This document shows positions 9,127 to 20,073 of a stretch of 64,000 nucleotides of DNA, piece by piece. Below the pieces are notes generated by a model. The model saw only the letters and a program-made list of their open reading frames with translations. It did not search any database and was not told the DNA's origin. Within the stretch, counting starts at the first letter, position 1, and the number at the start of each line of letters is the position of its first letter. Source of the DNA: an uncultured bacterium (GTDB taxonomy: Bacteria; Verrucomicrobiota; Verrucomicrobiia; Verrucomicrobiales; DEV007); NCBI GenBank assembly GCA_963977015.1, contig CAXBMO010000012.1:1-64000 (forward strand), in the 5' to 3' direction. The position numbers and the translations under genes were made by a program.

Positions 9127-10017
9127 ATGAAACCCCGTCGCTCTTTTCTTGCAACTTCGCTCGCTGCGCTTGGCGCCAGCGCGCTTCCCCTCGGTGCGGA
9201 ACCGAAATCGTGGAACTTTTGCACCTTCACCAAACCCTTTCAGCACCTGAGCTACGGGGAAATGGCGAAGGTGATTGCCGAACTCGGGTTCGCGGGAATC
9301 GAGGCGCCGGTCCGGCCCAAAGGGCATGTGGTTCCCGAGCGGGTGGAGGAGGATTTGCCGAAGCTGGTGGAGGCGCTGAAAGCCGAGAATCTGGAAGTCA
9401 CGATTCTGGCGTCCGGCATCAATGCGGTGAGTGACGAGCAGCGAACCGAGGTGGTCTTGCGAACCGCCGCGCAGCTTGGGATCAAGCGTTTCCGGATGGC
9501 GTATTACAAATACAATCTGGAGAAGCCGATTCTCGCCCAACTCGATGAGTTTCGCCCGCAACTTCGCGATCTGATCGCGCTTTCCAGGGAACTCGGCATC
9601 AAGCCGATCTACCAGAATCACTCCGGCAAAAACTACGTCGGCGCATCGCTCTGGGATTTACACGAACTGCTTCGCGAACATGATCCCGCCGATGTGGGAA
9701 GCGCCTACGACATCGGGCATTCCACGGTCGAGGGCGGCAAAGCCTGGGAACTCGATTTTCGGCTCATGCGCCCCTACATCGACAGCGTTTACATCAAGGA
9801 ACCGGCCTGGAACAACAACACGCTCAGTTGGGGGCATCTGGGCGATGGGGTTCTCGATCCCCGCTTCTTCAAGTTGCTCAAGCAGACGAATTTCGACGGG
9901 CCGGTCAATCTCCATGTCGAGTATCTGGGGCACAAGGATCCGGAGATCATTCCCCAGGTGATTGAGGCCACGCGCAAAGATTTTGCGACCCTCAAAACGT
10001 TGCTTCAATCCGCCTGA
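9127..10017 (+). CDS. Tat-exported sugar phosphate isomerase/epimerase (AP endonuclease 2 TIM barrel)
   Basis: RRSFL Tat motif; YQNHSG, YDIGH, YIKE, LHVEY. Confidence 0.85.
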   Translation: MKPRRSFLATSLAALGASALPLGAEPKSWNFCTFTKPFQHLSYGEMAKVIAELGFAGIEAPVRPKGHVVPERVEEDLPKLVEALKAENLEVTILASGINAVSDEQRTEVVLRTAAQLGIKRFRMAYYKYNLEKPILAQLDEFRPQLRDLIALSRELGIKPIYQNHSGKNYVGASLWDLHELLREHDPADVGSAYDIGHSTVEGGKAWELDFRLMRPYIDSVYIKEPAWNNNTLSWGHLGDGVLDPRFFKLLKQTNFDGPVNLHVEYLGHKDPEIIPQVIEATRKDFATLKTLLQSA

Positions 10018-10092
10018 GTTTGGCGGCAGATCTGATTGACAAGATAACCTTCTCACGTTCTTTTCGCCCGCTGCAAGCAGCAGCTGCTTATC

Positions 10093-11478
10093 ATGTTTCG
10101 CCTCCCGATTTTCTGCGTACTGGTTTTCTCAACGGCCCTTCTCCAAAGTCTGGTGGGGCAGGAAAAAATCACCTACGAGGAGCACGTGAAGCCGATTTTT
10201 CGGCAGCATTGCCTCAAGTGTCATGGCAACGACAAGCAGAAGGCCGGCATCAACCTGCAAAGTTTTGGCGATGCGATGAAGGGAGGGAGCGGTGGCGAAA
10301 TTCTCATCGCGGGCCGGTCCAGCCAGAGTCTCCTGTATCAATCGCTGATCGACGAAGATGACGATTTGCGCATGCCGCCCAACAAGCCGCCCATTCCCGC
10401 CGATCAGATTGAGATGGTGCGCAAGTGGATCGATACCGGCATGTTGGAGACCGCATCCAGCAAGGCGATGGCCGAGGTGCGCGATCTTTCGTTTCAGCCG
10501 ACGGGTGACGTGGCGAGCAAGCCGGATGTCCCCGTCATGCCGTCGAACCTGCCGACCGTCAAGGTGCGGGAAACGTCACGTCCGCTGCCGGTTCTGGCGC
10601 TCGATACCAGCCCCTGGGCGCCGCTCGTTGCCGTGGCGGGGCAGGAGCACATCCGGCTCCTGAATACCGAAACGGAGCAGGAAATCGGGAAGCTACCCTT
10701 TCCGGAAGGCGTTCCCCACGTCATCCGCTTCAGCCGCAATGGCGCGGTGTTGCTCGTCGCGGGCGGTCGCCCGGTCAAGAACGGGTTGGTGGTGCTGTTT
10801 GACGTCAAAACCGGGAAACGGCTCGCGGAAATCGGCGATGAACTGGATGTCGTGCTCGCGGCGGACTTGAGTCCCGACCAAGAGCTGGTCGCCCTGGGTG
10901 GTTCCGGCAAGATCGTGAAGGTGTATTCGACAAAGACCGGTGAGGAACTCTACCAATTGACCAAGCATACGGACTGGATCACCACGTTGGCGTTCAGCCC
11001 GGATGGGAAGCAATTGGCGACCGGAGATCGCGTCGGGGCGATTCACCTGTGGGATGCGAAACAAGGCGGATTGATGCTGAACTTGGCGGAACACAAAAGC
11101 GCGATCACCTCGTTGGACTGGCGCTCAGACAGCAAGTTTCTCGCGTCTGCGGGAGAAGATGGCCGCATCGTCTGGTGGGAGGCGAAAGACGGTTTCCCGG
11201 CGATCAATAAGGCCAAGGATCATCCCACGCCACGTCCTCCCGGTGTGAAATATGGTGAGATGCCAAGCGGGGTTCTGGCGGCCAGGTTCGGCCCGAAAGG
11301 GAATTTGGCGACGGGCGGGCGCAACAGCGTCGTTCATCTTTATGATGCGAAAGGCAACGCCCTCAAAAAATATCGGGTCGATGGGGATATTCCATTGAGC
11401 ATCGCCGTTACTCACGACACTAAGCACTTTGTTGCTGGATACCTGAGCGGGCTCGTGAAGTTTTGGCGAGCCGAATAA
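10093..11478 (+). CDS. Planctomycete-type cytochrome c plus WD40 repeat protein
   Basis: CLKCHG heme motif, RMPP, WIDTG, then WD40 repeats ([18 protein letters not shown]). Confidence 0.9.
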   Translation: MFRLPIFCVLVFSTALLQSLVGQEKITYEEHVKPIFRQHCLKCHGNDKQKAGINLQSFGDAMKGGSGGEILIAGRSSQSLLYQSLIDEDDDLRMPPNKPPIPADQIEMVRKWIDTGMLETASSKAMAEVRDLSFQPTGDVASKPDVPVMPSNLPTVKVRETSRPLPVLALDTSPWAPLVAVAGQEHIRLLNTETEQEIGKLPFPEGVPHVIRFSRNGAVLLVAGGRPVKNGLVVLFDVKTGKRLAEIGDELDVVLAADLSPDQELVALGGSGKIVKVYSTKTGEELYQLTKHTDWITTLAFSPDGKQLATGDRVGAIHLWDAKQGGLMLNLAEHKSAITSLDWRSDSKFLASAGEDGRIVWWEAKDGFPAINKAKDHPTPRPPGVKYGEMPSGVLAARFGPKGNLATGGRNSVVHLYDAKGNALKKYRVDGDIPLSIAVTHDTKHFVAGYLSGLVKFWRAE

Positions 11479-11497
11479 GTTAAAACATTTCCTTCCT

Positions 11498-12907
11498 ATG
11501 AGCGAATTCCAAAAACCCGAACCTGCGACCCGGCAAGGCTGTGCCGGATTTCGCCGTATGTCGCGACGTCACGCGATTCAAGCTGGAACCCTTGGCGGTT
11601 TGGGCCTCTCGATGGGCGACTTGTTCCGGCTCCAAGCATCTGCAGCGGAGGGGAACTCGGGCGCATTTACGATGGAGAAAGGGAAGCAGAAGGATGCCAA
11701 GGCTTTGAGCGTCATTCAGCTCCATTTGGGTGGCGGATTTCAACAGCAGGAGTCCTTTGATCCCAAGCCGGAGGCTCCCATCGAGATTCGCGGAGCATTT
11801 GGAGTCGAGAAAACGAAGACCGGTGAAATTCTGAGTGAAAATTTTCCTCAGACCGCAAAAGTGGCGGACAAACTGACGTTGATTCGCAGTTTGGTTGGGA
11901 AGATCCCGGATCACGGTCAGGCCACCTATCACCTCTTCACCGGTTACACCCCAACCACGGTGATCGACTTTCCCCAGATGGGTTCGATCGTTTCTCACGA
12001 ACTGGGGAACCGGGGCGAATTGCCGCCTTACGTGGCGATTCCCAACAAGAATGCGTTTGGAGGGGGAACGGGCTTCCTGAGCAGCACCTACGGGCCGTTT
12101 GAGTTGGGCGCGGATCCCGGGAAGCGGGGATACAAGGTGAAGGACTTCTCCATTCCGAAGAACGTTTCCCTGGAGCGCGTGGATCGGAGGATGACCGCTC
12201 GCCAGCTTATCGAGCAGCGCATTCGCGAGATGGAATCGAATCCGGCGACGCTGGAAACGATGGACGATTTTTACAAGCAGGCCTACACGCTGCTGACCTC
12301 GGAGAAGGCGCAGGGAGCCTTCGTCCTCGACCAGGAAAAGGAAGAGACGTTTCAACTTTATGGACGCGACGTGGTGGGCTTGAAAGGGCCTGACAACAAG
12401 TACCATCCCAAGGGCCTGGCGGAACGCCTGATGGTCGCCAGAAGACTCGTTGAGTCCGGGGTGCGCTTTGTAACGGTCAACTACGGCGCTTGGGATTGCC
12501 ACGTGGATGTGAAGAACAGCACGCTCGATCAAATGCCGGCGCTGGATCATGGAATCGCCGGTCTGATCGAGGATCTCGACAATCGCGGAATGCTGGATTC
12601 GACCATTGTTTGGGTAACGACGGAGTTTGGTCGCACGCCAAAAGTGAACAAGGATGCAGGTCGCGACCACTGGGCGCGTTGCTATTCCAATCTCATTGCG
12701 GGCGGCGGTTTTACCAGGGGGCAAGTCTATGGAAAGAGCGATGCAACGGGAGCGGAGCCCGCTTCTGATGCGGTGTTGCTCGAAGATCTGTTGTTTACCA
12801 TTTATCATCAGCTGGGAATCGACGCCGAGAAGGAGCTGCTCGCCTTCGGGACGAGACCGATCGAGATTATTAACGGTGGTAAGCTGGTTCCGGGACTTCT
12901 CGCTTAG
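11498..12907 (+). CDS. DUF1501 domain protein (Tat substrate)
   Basis: SRRHAIQAG Tat motif, [38 protein letters not shown]. Confidence 0.92.
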   Translation: MSEFQKPEPATRQGCAGFRRMSRRHAIQAGTLGGLGLSMGDLFRLQASAAEGNSGAFTMEKGKQKDAKALSVIQLHLGGGFQQQESFDPKPEAPIEIRGAFGVEKTKTGEILSENFPQTAKVADKLTLIRSLVGKIPDHGQATYHLFTGYTPTTVIDFPQMGSIVSHELGNRGELPPYVAIPNKNAFGGGTGFLSSTYGPFELGADPGKRGYKVKDFSIPKNVSLERVDRRMTARQLIEQRIREMESNPATLETMDDFYKQAYTLLTSEKAQGAFVLDQEKEETFQLYGRDVVGLKGPDNKYHPKGLAERLMVARRLVESGVRFVTVNYGAWDCHVDVKNSTLDQMPALDHGIAGLIEDLDNRGMLDSTIVWVTTEFGRTPKVNKDAGRDHWARCYSNLIAGGGFTRGQVYGKSDATGAEPASDAVLLEDLLFTIYHQLGIDAEKELLAFGTRPIEIINGGKLVPGLLA

Positions 12908-12925
12908 GGTGCTCAAACTTGTCGC

Positions 12926-15394
12926 ATGAGAATTTTCCGAGTTTGCTCGTTACTCCTGCTTTTCTCGTTATCTCCCCTTCAGGCGATGATGCAGAAAAAC
13001 ATCGAGTCTGTTTCACCCCGGATCGCCCAGCGCGGCACGACGGTCGATGTCAGGATTCGCGGGTTGTCGTTGGATGATCCCCGGGAGGTGATTTTTCTGA
13101 ATCCGGGGATTCGCGCCGTCAATTTGAAGCTGAATCCTGAGCCGTTCACTCCCATTGGCGGTGCTCATGGAAGGCGGATTGTTCAGGAGGTAACCTGCCA
13201 GTTTGAAATTTCGGAAGACTGTCCGGTGGGCGAGCACGCCTTCAGGCTGTTGACCGGAACGGAACTCACCCACCTGGCAACGTTCCATGTCGGCCCTTTC
13301 CCGATCATCGATGAAAAGGAAGGGGGGCGGACGCATTCCAACGACACTATCGAAACGGCGATTCCAATCGACTTGAACGTCTCCGTTCGTGGCTTCGTGG
13401 ATCACGGATCGGCCAATGACCGGGATGTCTATCGCGTTGTGGTAACGAAGGGCCAACGCCTTTCCGTGGAGTTGGATTCGGTGCGGATTGCCGATCCCCA
13501 CTATGGAGATTCCGAGTTCGACCTGATGGTTCGAGTCCTGGATTCCCGAGGCAAGGTCATCGCACGAAATGACGACAATGACTTTGGACTGCAGGATCCC
13601 GTTCTCTCGACCCGAATTGACTTTGATGGCGATGCCTTTGTGGAAGTGAAGCGATCGATTTTTGCGCCCAGTTATAGTGCGTATTGCCTCCACGTTGGCG
13701 ACTTCCCCAGACCCACCATTGCGTTTCCGCCGGGCGGTCAGGTTGGCGAACCAATCGAGGTCACCCTGTATGGCGACGGCCTGGGGCCGTTGAACCAAAC
13801 GCTGAAGGTTCCCGAGAAAGCTGGGGAGTTTGGCGCGAACGTTGGAGCGCCCTCACCGGTACGCCTGCGGGCGAGCGCCTTTCCGAACGTGATTGAGGCG
13901 ACGGGGCAGCAGACAACCAGAGTCTCCAAGCTTCCCGCCGCCCTCAATGGCCGGCTTTCCACCGTTGGCGAATACGACGACTTCCGTGTTTCCGTTCAGG
14001 AAGGAGAACGCTACCGGGTTCGCGTTTATGCGTTTTCCCTCGGCTCGTCGCTCGATACCACCATTCAGATTCGGGAGCTTGGCGACGGGGACACCGTCTT
14101 GGAACCGTTGATCGAACACGACGATTCCAAGATTCCGGAACGGGACATTTTTGGAACTTCGTATCGGGGAGGAACCGGGGTTGGCGATATCATCGATCCC
14201 TCGTTTGTTTGGGAACCGAAGAAGAGCGGCGATCACATCCTGCGGGTCTTGGATACCAGCAACCGCGAAGGTGAGATGGGAATCTATCGCGTCGAGATCG
14301 AACCCATGCCGACCTTGCTCGTGACCAATCTGGCGAGCCGGACCTTTGATTGGACCGAGTCGATGCGGGTGAGCGGGTTTGCGGTCCCCCGCGGCAATCG
14401 TTGGACAGTCAATGTGTTCTTGCCGAAGGGGCAGTTTGACCGGCCGGAAATCCCGTTTCGGCTGGTTGCCAAGGGGCTTCCCCCGGGGGTTGAGATGATT
14501 TCACCGCCTGTCACGACCAAATACAACGATGTGTGGCCGGTTCAGTTGGTCGCGAGTTCCGATGCCGAAATCCAGGGCTCCGTCTTTTCCTTTGAGGCGC
14601 AAACACTCGACGACCCCGCCAAGCCCATCGCAACGCTGAACCAGCAGCACGTGCCTTTCATCAATCACTCGGGCGGCAATGCGTGGCGCCGGGTCACAAC
14701 GGACCGCTACTTTGCAGCCGTCACGAGAGACGCCCCGTTTTCCATTGAGGTTGAGGAGTCCGACATTCAACTCGTGCGGCAGGCAACACGCGGAATCCCC
14801 GTGAAGGTGATTCGACACGGAGACTTTGAGGGGCCCGTATTGGTGAGCGTCGGGTTCGTTCACGGATCGATTGACAGTTCTCCCGCTTTTGAGATTCCGG
14901 CAGGCGAGAGCGAGGCCGAAGTTCTCCTCACGGCGCGGTCCTATGCTCCGCTCGAAACCTTGCCCCTCGTGTTCATCGGAAGCACCATCAACAACGCCGT
15001 GGACCCGTTCCTGGGGGCTGGCCACATCCGCGTTTCTTCGGAGATGATGAACCTCACGGTCACCCAACCGTATCTCAAGTTGACGGCGGAACCGCAAAGC
15101 ATCCGCCGGGGAGGGGAAGGGACGTTGGTCTGGAATGTCAGCCAACAAACGCCCTTCGAAGGAAGCGCAACTCTGACGTTGTTGGGATTGCCGAAAGGCG
15201 TTTCGGTGACTGAAGCACCGAGGATCCAGTCTGATTCCACCGAAGCCGTTTTCCAGTTGAAGGCGTCCCCTGAAGCCCTTCTTGGCAACAACACCGGAAT
15301 TGAGTGCGAGGTGAGCATTGAAGTGGATGGCGCTTCCGTGGTCCAACGGACTGGGAAGGCTTCCCTGCGAATTGACCCCGCTCTTGAAAACTAA
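12926..15394 (+). CDS. Secreted PPC-repeat protein of PVC DUF1501 modules
   Basis: Signal peptide, P..AQRGTTV, NDT..A, D.DVYR repeats, DP.L motifs, FPPGGQ. Confidence 0.8.
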   Translation: MRIFRVCSLLLLFSLSPLQAMMQKNIESVSPRIAQRGTTVDVRIRGLSLDDPREVIFLNPGIRAVNLKLNPEPFTPIGGAHGRRIVQEVTCQFEISEDCPVGEHAFRLLTGTELTHLATFHVGPFPIIDEKEGGRTHSNDTIETAIPIDLNVSVRGFVDHGSANDRDVYRVVVTKGQRLSVELDSVRIADPHYGDSEFDLMVRVLDSRGKVIARNDDNDFGLQDPVLSTRIDFDGDAFVEVKRSIFAPSYSAYCLHVGDFPRPTIAFPPGGQVGEPIEVTLYGDGLGPLNQTLKVPEKAGEFGANVGAPSPVRLRASAFPNVIEATGQQTTRVSKLPAALNGRLSTVGEYDDFRVSVQEGERYRVRVYAFSLGSSLDTTIQIRELGDGDTVLEPLIEHDDSKIPERDIFGTSYRGGTGVGDIIDPSFVWEPKKSGDHILRVLDTSNREGEMGIYRVEIEPMPTLLVTNLASRTFDWTESMRVSGFAVPRGNRWTVNVFLPKGQFDRPEIPFRLVAKGLPPGVEMISPPVTTKYNDVWPVQLVASSDAEIQGSVFSFEAQTLDDPAKPIATLNQQHVPFINHSGGNAWRRVTTDRYFAAVTRDAPFSIEVEESDIQLVRQATRGIPVKVIRHGDFEGPVLVSVGFVHGSIDSSPAFEIPAGESEAEVLLTARSYAPLETLPLVFIGSTINNAVDPFLGAGHIRVSSEMMNLTVTQPYLKLTAEPQSIRRGGEGTLVWNVSQQTPFEGSATLTLLGLPKGVSVTEAPRIQSDSTEAVFQLKASPEALLGNNTGIECEVSIEVDGASVVQRTGKASLRIDPALEN

Positions 15395-15401
15395 GTTACC
15401 C

Positions 15402-17621
15402 ATGAAATTTTCGACGATTTTTCTCATTCTAAGTCTACCCATTCTGATGGGAGCCTCGGTCGTTGGGGAGACGGCTTCAGGCGCCCCGAGTTTTCGTCAG
15501 GACATCATGCCGGTCATGTTTCGCGCCGGGTGCAATGCGGGAACCTGTCACGGAAGCGCCCGGGGAAAAGATGGTTTCATGCTTTCGCTGTTTGGTTATG
15601 ACGCGTCGGGAGATCACTACCGGATCGTTCATCAGATGATTGGTCGGCGCATCAACCTGGCCGCCCCGGAAGAGAGCCTGCTTCTGACCAAGGCGACGGG
15701 AGAAGTTCCTCACACCGGAGGCGAGTTGTTTACGAAAGACAGCGAATACTACCAAACGCTGCTGGCCTGGATTGAGGCGGGTGCCCCGGATGATGACGCG
15801 AAGATTGCGGAAACGGTTGGGTTACAGCTTTCGACCGAGAGTTTCACCTTTGAAGAAAAGGGGGCGACCGGTGCTTTGAAAGTGACGGCGCTTTACGACG
15901 ACGGCTCAAGCCGGGATGTCACTTCATTGGCGCTCTTCCACACGAACAACGCGAGCGTCGCCGAGATTGATGAGGACGGGAAAGTGGTTTCGACCGGACC
16001 TGGGGATACGAACGTGTTTGCTCGCTTCAGCCGATTCACGATCGGCGCGGAAGTGATTGTCCTGCCACCAGCCGAAGGCTTTGTCTGGAGCGAGCCCGGT
16101 GCGAATAACTATATTGATGAGCTTGTTTTTGACCGGCTTCGGAAGCTGCGGATCAATCCGTCCGATCTTACCGGCGATGAAACGTTCCTCCGGCGCGTGA
16201 CCCTGGATCTGATCGGCCGGCCACCGACGGTGGAGGAATATCATGCGTTTGTCGAAGATGCCGATCCTGACAAACGAGCCAGGAAGATCGATGCTCTCCT
16301 GGCCGACGAAGGGTTCACGGACCTCTGGACAACTCTCTGGAGCGAGCAACTTCGCATCATTGGCGGCAACTACGCGCCGGTGGGAACCCACGTGAAAGCG
16401 GCCGACGCGTTCCACGAATGGATTCGGGAGCAGATCGAGTCCGGGCGTCCTCTGAACGAGATGGTCGGCGAGATGGTTTCGGCTTCAGGCAGCAACCTGC
16501 GCTATGGTCCGGCGAACCTTTACACGATGTTGGTTCATGCTCCGCAGTTGGATCCCAAAGCGTTCGCGGCGGATTTCTCGCAACTGTTTTTGGGGATCCA
16601 GATTCAATGCGCCGAGTGCCACAACCATCCGTTCGATCGCTGGACGATGGACGACTATTACAGCTTCGTGAGCTTCTTCCAGGGCGTGCAACGGAAGCCG
16701 GGAATCGAAGCGAGAGAGCGGCGAATCTACTACGACACCAAGGCGCAACCCGCCAAGCATCTGGTCGATGGTCGCCCAATGCCGGCGAAGCCGTTGGGAG
16801 AAATCGAGCCGGTTTCCCAGGGCGGCGATCCCCGCCGCGAGTTGGCGACTTGGCTCGCTTCGCCTGAGAACGAGATGTTCAGCCGGAACCTGGCCAATCG
16901 CATTTGGGCACAGATCATTGGTCAGGGCGTCGTCGAACCTGTCGATGACGTCCGCGTGAGCAATCCGCCGGTGAATGAGCCGCTGCTGGATGCCTTGTCG
17001 GCAAAATTGGTGAAATACGAATTCGATCTCCGCTCGCTCGTGCGCGACATCTGCAATTCGAAGGTTTACCAGCTCCGCTCATCGCCGAATGATTCGAACC
17101 GGCTCGATAGTCGTCAATTTTCGCGGAAGTACATGAAACGGTTGCGAGCTGACGTGCTGATGGATTCCGTGGTGGCTGCAACGGGAGTGGAGCGCGGGCT
17201 GAGCCGGTTTCCGCAAGGCACGAAGGCCATCAACTTTTATCCGCGGGTGGCCGGTGATACCAATCGGGCCATGTTTGGCGATGACTTTTTCGAAACGTTT
17301 GGTCGATCCGGACGCGATACAGTCGCCTGTGCCGCGACGCGTGAAGATCCGACCCTGTCCCAGGTGCTTCACCTCACCGTGGGCGAGTTGGTCAACCCAC
17401 GGGTCACGTTCCGAAACAAGTTGAGAGATTTGGTGAACACGATGGAGAGCCCTGAAGCGCTCTTGAACACACTTTTCATCCGGGTGCTGAGCCGCAAGCC
17501 GACTTCCGATGAGATCAATGGCCTGCTTGAGATGATTGGCGAGGATACGAAAAATGCGGAGATTTACGCGGACATCGTTTGGAGCCTTCTCAATTCGACC
17601 GAATTTTCCTTTAATTACTGA
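15402..17621 (+). CDS. DUF1549/DUF1553 protein with Ig-like domain
   Basis: PSFRQDIMP, GCNAGTCHG, NNYIDE, FLRRVTLDLIGRPPT, CAECHNHPFDRWT, NRIW, LLNSTEFSFN. Confidence 0.92.
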   Translation: MKFSTIFLILSLPILMGASVVGETASGAPSFRQDIMPVMFRAGCNAGTCHGSARGKDGFMLSLFGYDASGDHYRIVHQMIGRRINLAAPEESLLLTKATGEVPHTGGELFTKDSEYYQTLLAWIEAGAPDDDAKIAETVGLQLSTESFTFEEKGATGALKVTALYDDGSSRDVTSLALFHTNNASVAEIDEDGKVVSTGPGDTNVFARFSRFTIGAEVIVLPPAEGFVWSEPGANNYIDELVFDRLRKLRINPSDLTGDETFLRRVTLDLIGRPPTVEEYHAFVEDADPDKRARKIDALLADEGFTDLWTTLWSEQLRIIGGNYAPVGTHVKAADAFHEWIREQIESGRPLNEMVGEMVSASGSNLRYGPANLYTMLVHAPQLDPKAFAADFSQLFLGIQIQCAECHNHPFDRWTMDDYYSFVSFFQGVQRKPGIEARERRIYYDTKAQPAKHLVDGRPMPAKPLGEIEPVSQGGDPRRELATWLASPENEMFSRNLANRIWAQIIGQGVVEPVDDVRVSNPPVNEPLLDALSAKLVKYEFDLRSLVRDICNSKVYQLRSSPNDSNRLDSRQFSRKYMKRLRADVLMDSVVAATGVERGLSRFPQGTKAINFYPRVAGDTNRAMFGDDFFETFGRSGRDTVACAATREDPTLSQVLHLTVGELVNPRVTFRNKLRDLVNTMESPEALLNTLFIRVLSRKPTSDEINGLLEMIGEDTKNAEIYADIVWSLLNSTEFSFNY

Positions 17622-17691
17622 AACGGAAAGCCGCTTTTCGGAATTGAGATTGGCCGGGATTGAATCAGGTTCTCCCCAGCCCACTTTTCCT

Positions 17692-19581
17692 ATGAGCATC
17701 CTGAAGTCTTCCGTCACGCCCCGTCCTGTCGAGGAACGCTACGAGCGCGTTCGCACCCTTGTTTTCGATTCCAGCAGTTCTCCCAGTCAACAACTCGCCG
17801 CCGAAACTGCTGCCGCGATTCGCAAGGCGGACGAGGAGGGCCGCAAGATGGTTTTGGGATTGGCGACCGGATCGACGCCGGTTCCTTTCTACCGCGAATT
17901 AATCCGCCTGCATCAGGAGGAAGGATTGAGTTTCAAAAACGTCGTGACGTTCAACCTCGATGAGTATTTCGGGCTGAATCGCGATCACCCGGAGAGCTAC
18001 TACCGGTTCATGCACGATCAGCTCTTCGATCACATCGACATTCCGGAGGATCAGGTTCATATCCCGGATGGAACGGTTGCGGTGGAGGATTCGTTCGCCG
18101 CTTGCCAGGCCTATGAGACGATGATCGATGAAGCCGGCGGACTCGATTTGCAGATTCTCGGGATTGGTCGGACCGGTCACATCGGTTTTAACGAGCCGGG
18201 TTCAACCCGCGATTCCCAAACCCGGATGATCAGCCTCGACCGGGTGACGCGTCGTGATGCGGCGAGCGACTTCCTCGGCGAAGAGAACGTACCGCGATTC
18301 GCGATCACGATGGGGGTCGGCACCATCATGAAGGCGAAGCGAGTCGTCTTGATGGCATGGGGCGAGAACAAGGCGGAGATTGTTCGCCAGGCCGTCGAGG
18401 GAGACGTGACCGACAGCATTTCGGCAAGCTTTCTTCAGGAACATGAGAAGGCGACATTCATCCTCGATCAGTCGGCAGCATCGCAGTTGACGCGCTATCG
18501 CTGTCCCTGGCTCGTCAGGAGCGTGGAGTGGGACACGAAGTCAACGCGTCAGGCCGTGGTCTGGCTTTCTCAAGAACTGGAGAAGCCCGTCCTCAAGCTC
18601 GTGGATGAGGATTACAACGAGCACGGAATGTCCGAGCTGTTGACCAAGCATGGCAACGCTTACGAGGCCAACATCGACGTCTTCAATCAACTCCAACACA
18701 CCATTACGGGATGGCCGGGCGGCAAGTTTGGCGCCGATGATACCGATCGCCCGGAACGGGAGAAGCCGGAATCCAAGAAGGTGCTTGTGTTGAGCCCCGA
18801 GCCGCAGGATGCGATCGTTTCGATGGGAGGCACGTTGGAGCGTTTGATCGAGCAAGGCCACGACGTGACGCTGGTTTGTCAAACGTCCGGAAACCTTCGT
18901 GTGGCCGATGCCGAGGCGCGAACCTTTGCCGGTGTCTTGAGCGAAATGGCCGAGGCTTCCGATTGGGGGGATCAAAAAGCTTACGCGGATCAGATTCTCA
19001 GCCAGTTGGAGGAGAAAGGAGATTTCGGGATCGATCCCAAAAACGTCCGTTGGTTGAAGGGGTTGATCCTCCGTGGGGAATTGCGGGATGCGGCGCGGGC
19101 CTGCAAGTTGGAGGAGAAGCAGATTCGTTTCCTCGATCTGCCGTTCTATGAGGAAGGCCGCTATCGGCGCTTCAGTCCCACCGAGGCGGATGTGACGGCG
19201 ATGTCAGAGATTCTCGAGCAGTTCCAACCGCACCAGATTTTTGCGACCGGTCATGTTGCGGATCCCAGTTCCCTGCAGGCCCACTGTTACACGTCGCTTG
19301 CTCAAGCGTTTGAAAAGGCCGCGAAATCCAAGTGGCGCGACGATTGCTGGATTTGGGGTTACCGAGGAAAAGAAAAGGCGTTGGAGCCGTTTGAGATCGA
19401 CATGGCCGTGCCGATGAGCCCGGGGCAACTGGAACGGAAGAAAGCCGCCATTCACAAATTCCAATCGATTCGCCAGGATGAGATTGAGGCTCCCAAATCC
19501 AACCGGCAAAACGCCAGAAACTACGATTCTCTGGGGATGGCGGAATACGAGGCGATCGAAGCCTTTCAACGGCTTGGCTGA
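17692..19581 (+). CDS. nagB: Glucosamine-6-phosphate deaminase with C-terminal LmbE/PIG-L-like domain
   Basis: LGLATGSTP, TFNLDEY, LGIGRTGHIGFNEPG, AITMGVGTI, TITGWPGGK; start ATG 17692. Confidence 0.93.
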   Translation: MSILKSSVTPRPVEERYERVRTLVFDSSSSPSQQLAAETAAAIRKADEEGRKMVLGLATGSTPVPFYRELIRLHQEEGLSFKNVVTFNLDEYFGLNRDHPESYYRFMHDQLFDHIDIPEDQVHIPDGTVAVEDSFAACQAYETMIDEAGGLDLQILGIGRTGHIGFNEPGSTRDSQTRMISLDRVTRRDAASDFLGEENVPRFAITMGVGTIMKAKRVVLMAWGENKAEIVRQAVEGDVTDSISASFLQEHEKATFILDQSAASQLTRYRCPWLVRSVEWDTKSTRQAVVWLSQELEKPVLKLVDEDYNEHGMSELLTKHGNAYEANIDVFNQLQHTITGWPGGKFGADDTDRPEREKPESKKVLVLSPEPQDAIVSMGGTLERLIEQGHDVTLVCQTSGNLRVADAEARTFAGVLSEMAEASDWGDQKAYADQILSQLEEKGDFGIDPKNVRWLKGLILRGELRDAARACKLEEKQIRFLDLPFYEEGRYRRFSPTEADVTAMSEILEQFQPHQIFATGHVADPSSLQAHCYTSLAQAFEKAAKSKWRDDCWIWGYRGKEKALEPFEIDMAVPMSPGQLERKKAAIHKFQSIRQDEIEAPKSNRQNARNYDSLGMAEYEAIEAFQRLG

Positions 19582-19604
19582 GAAGGCGCCGGGCGAAAAA
19601 TGCT

Positions 19605-19991
19605 CTAGCTTGCCGGGGCCGACTCCGGAGGATCCATCGGTTCCTCGGGTGGTGCGGTTTTGCCTTCCCTGCGTTTCCGCAGGTATTCTTCCGCCGCCTC
19701 TTTGCCTGCCGCAGCGCCATTCTGGCTTGCGGTTGCGGTCACATCCGGAACGGCGTTTTTCGCCAGGGTCGATGTGAATTGCGTGGCGTAGGATAGATCG
19801 TAAATCAGTTCGTTCGCCGCGCGTTTCAGTTCCTCTTTCAGCTTGGGCGCAGCGCCGTCGGCTCTCTGCTTGGCTTCGCGGACGGTTTCCTCCCAGGCTC
19901 GTCTCGCAGCATCCTTCAGATCCTCGAACGCCCGTTTGGAAGCCGAGGGAGGCGGTGGCGGTGTTTCTTGATAGTGGGGATCGTCACTCAT
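19605..19991 (-). CDS. Hypothetical helical protein
   Basis: Ala/Glu/Lys-rich ORF filling the intergenic space, preceded by an ECF-like promoter. Confidence 0.65.
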   Translation of the reverse strand: MSDDPHYQETPPPPPSASKRAFEDLKDAARRAWEETVREAKQRADGAAPKLKEELKRAANELIYDLSYATQFTSTLAKNAVPDVTATASQNGAAAGKEAAEEYLRKRREGKTAPPEEPMDPPESAPAS

Positions 19992-20000
19992 AATGCCATG

Positions 20001-20030
20001 TTAGACGGTTCGCCGGAAAAGACGATTACA
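20001..20030 (-). promoter_or_regulatory. Putative ECF-sigma promoter TGTAATC-N16-CGTCTAA
   Basis: Ends 9 nt upstream of ATG 19991; shares AATC and CGTCTAA with the site upstream of the ECF sigma gene. Confidence 0.5.
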
Positions 20031-20073
20031 AATCTGCCGTGGAATTCTCATCCACGGGACGATCATCAGGAGA

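Noticed and set aside
10036-10064. Sigma70 promoter starting with TTGACA before the DUF1501 operon
   Set aside because: Perfect -35 but no convincing -10 at 16-18 nt.
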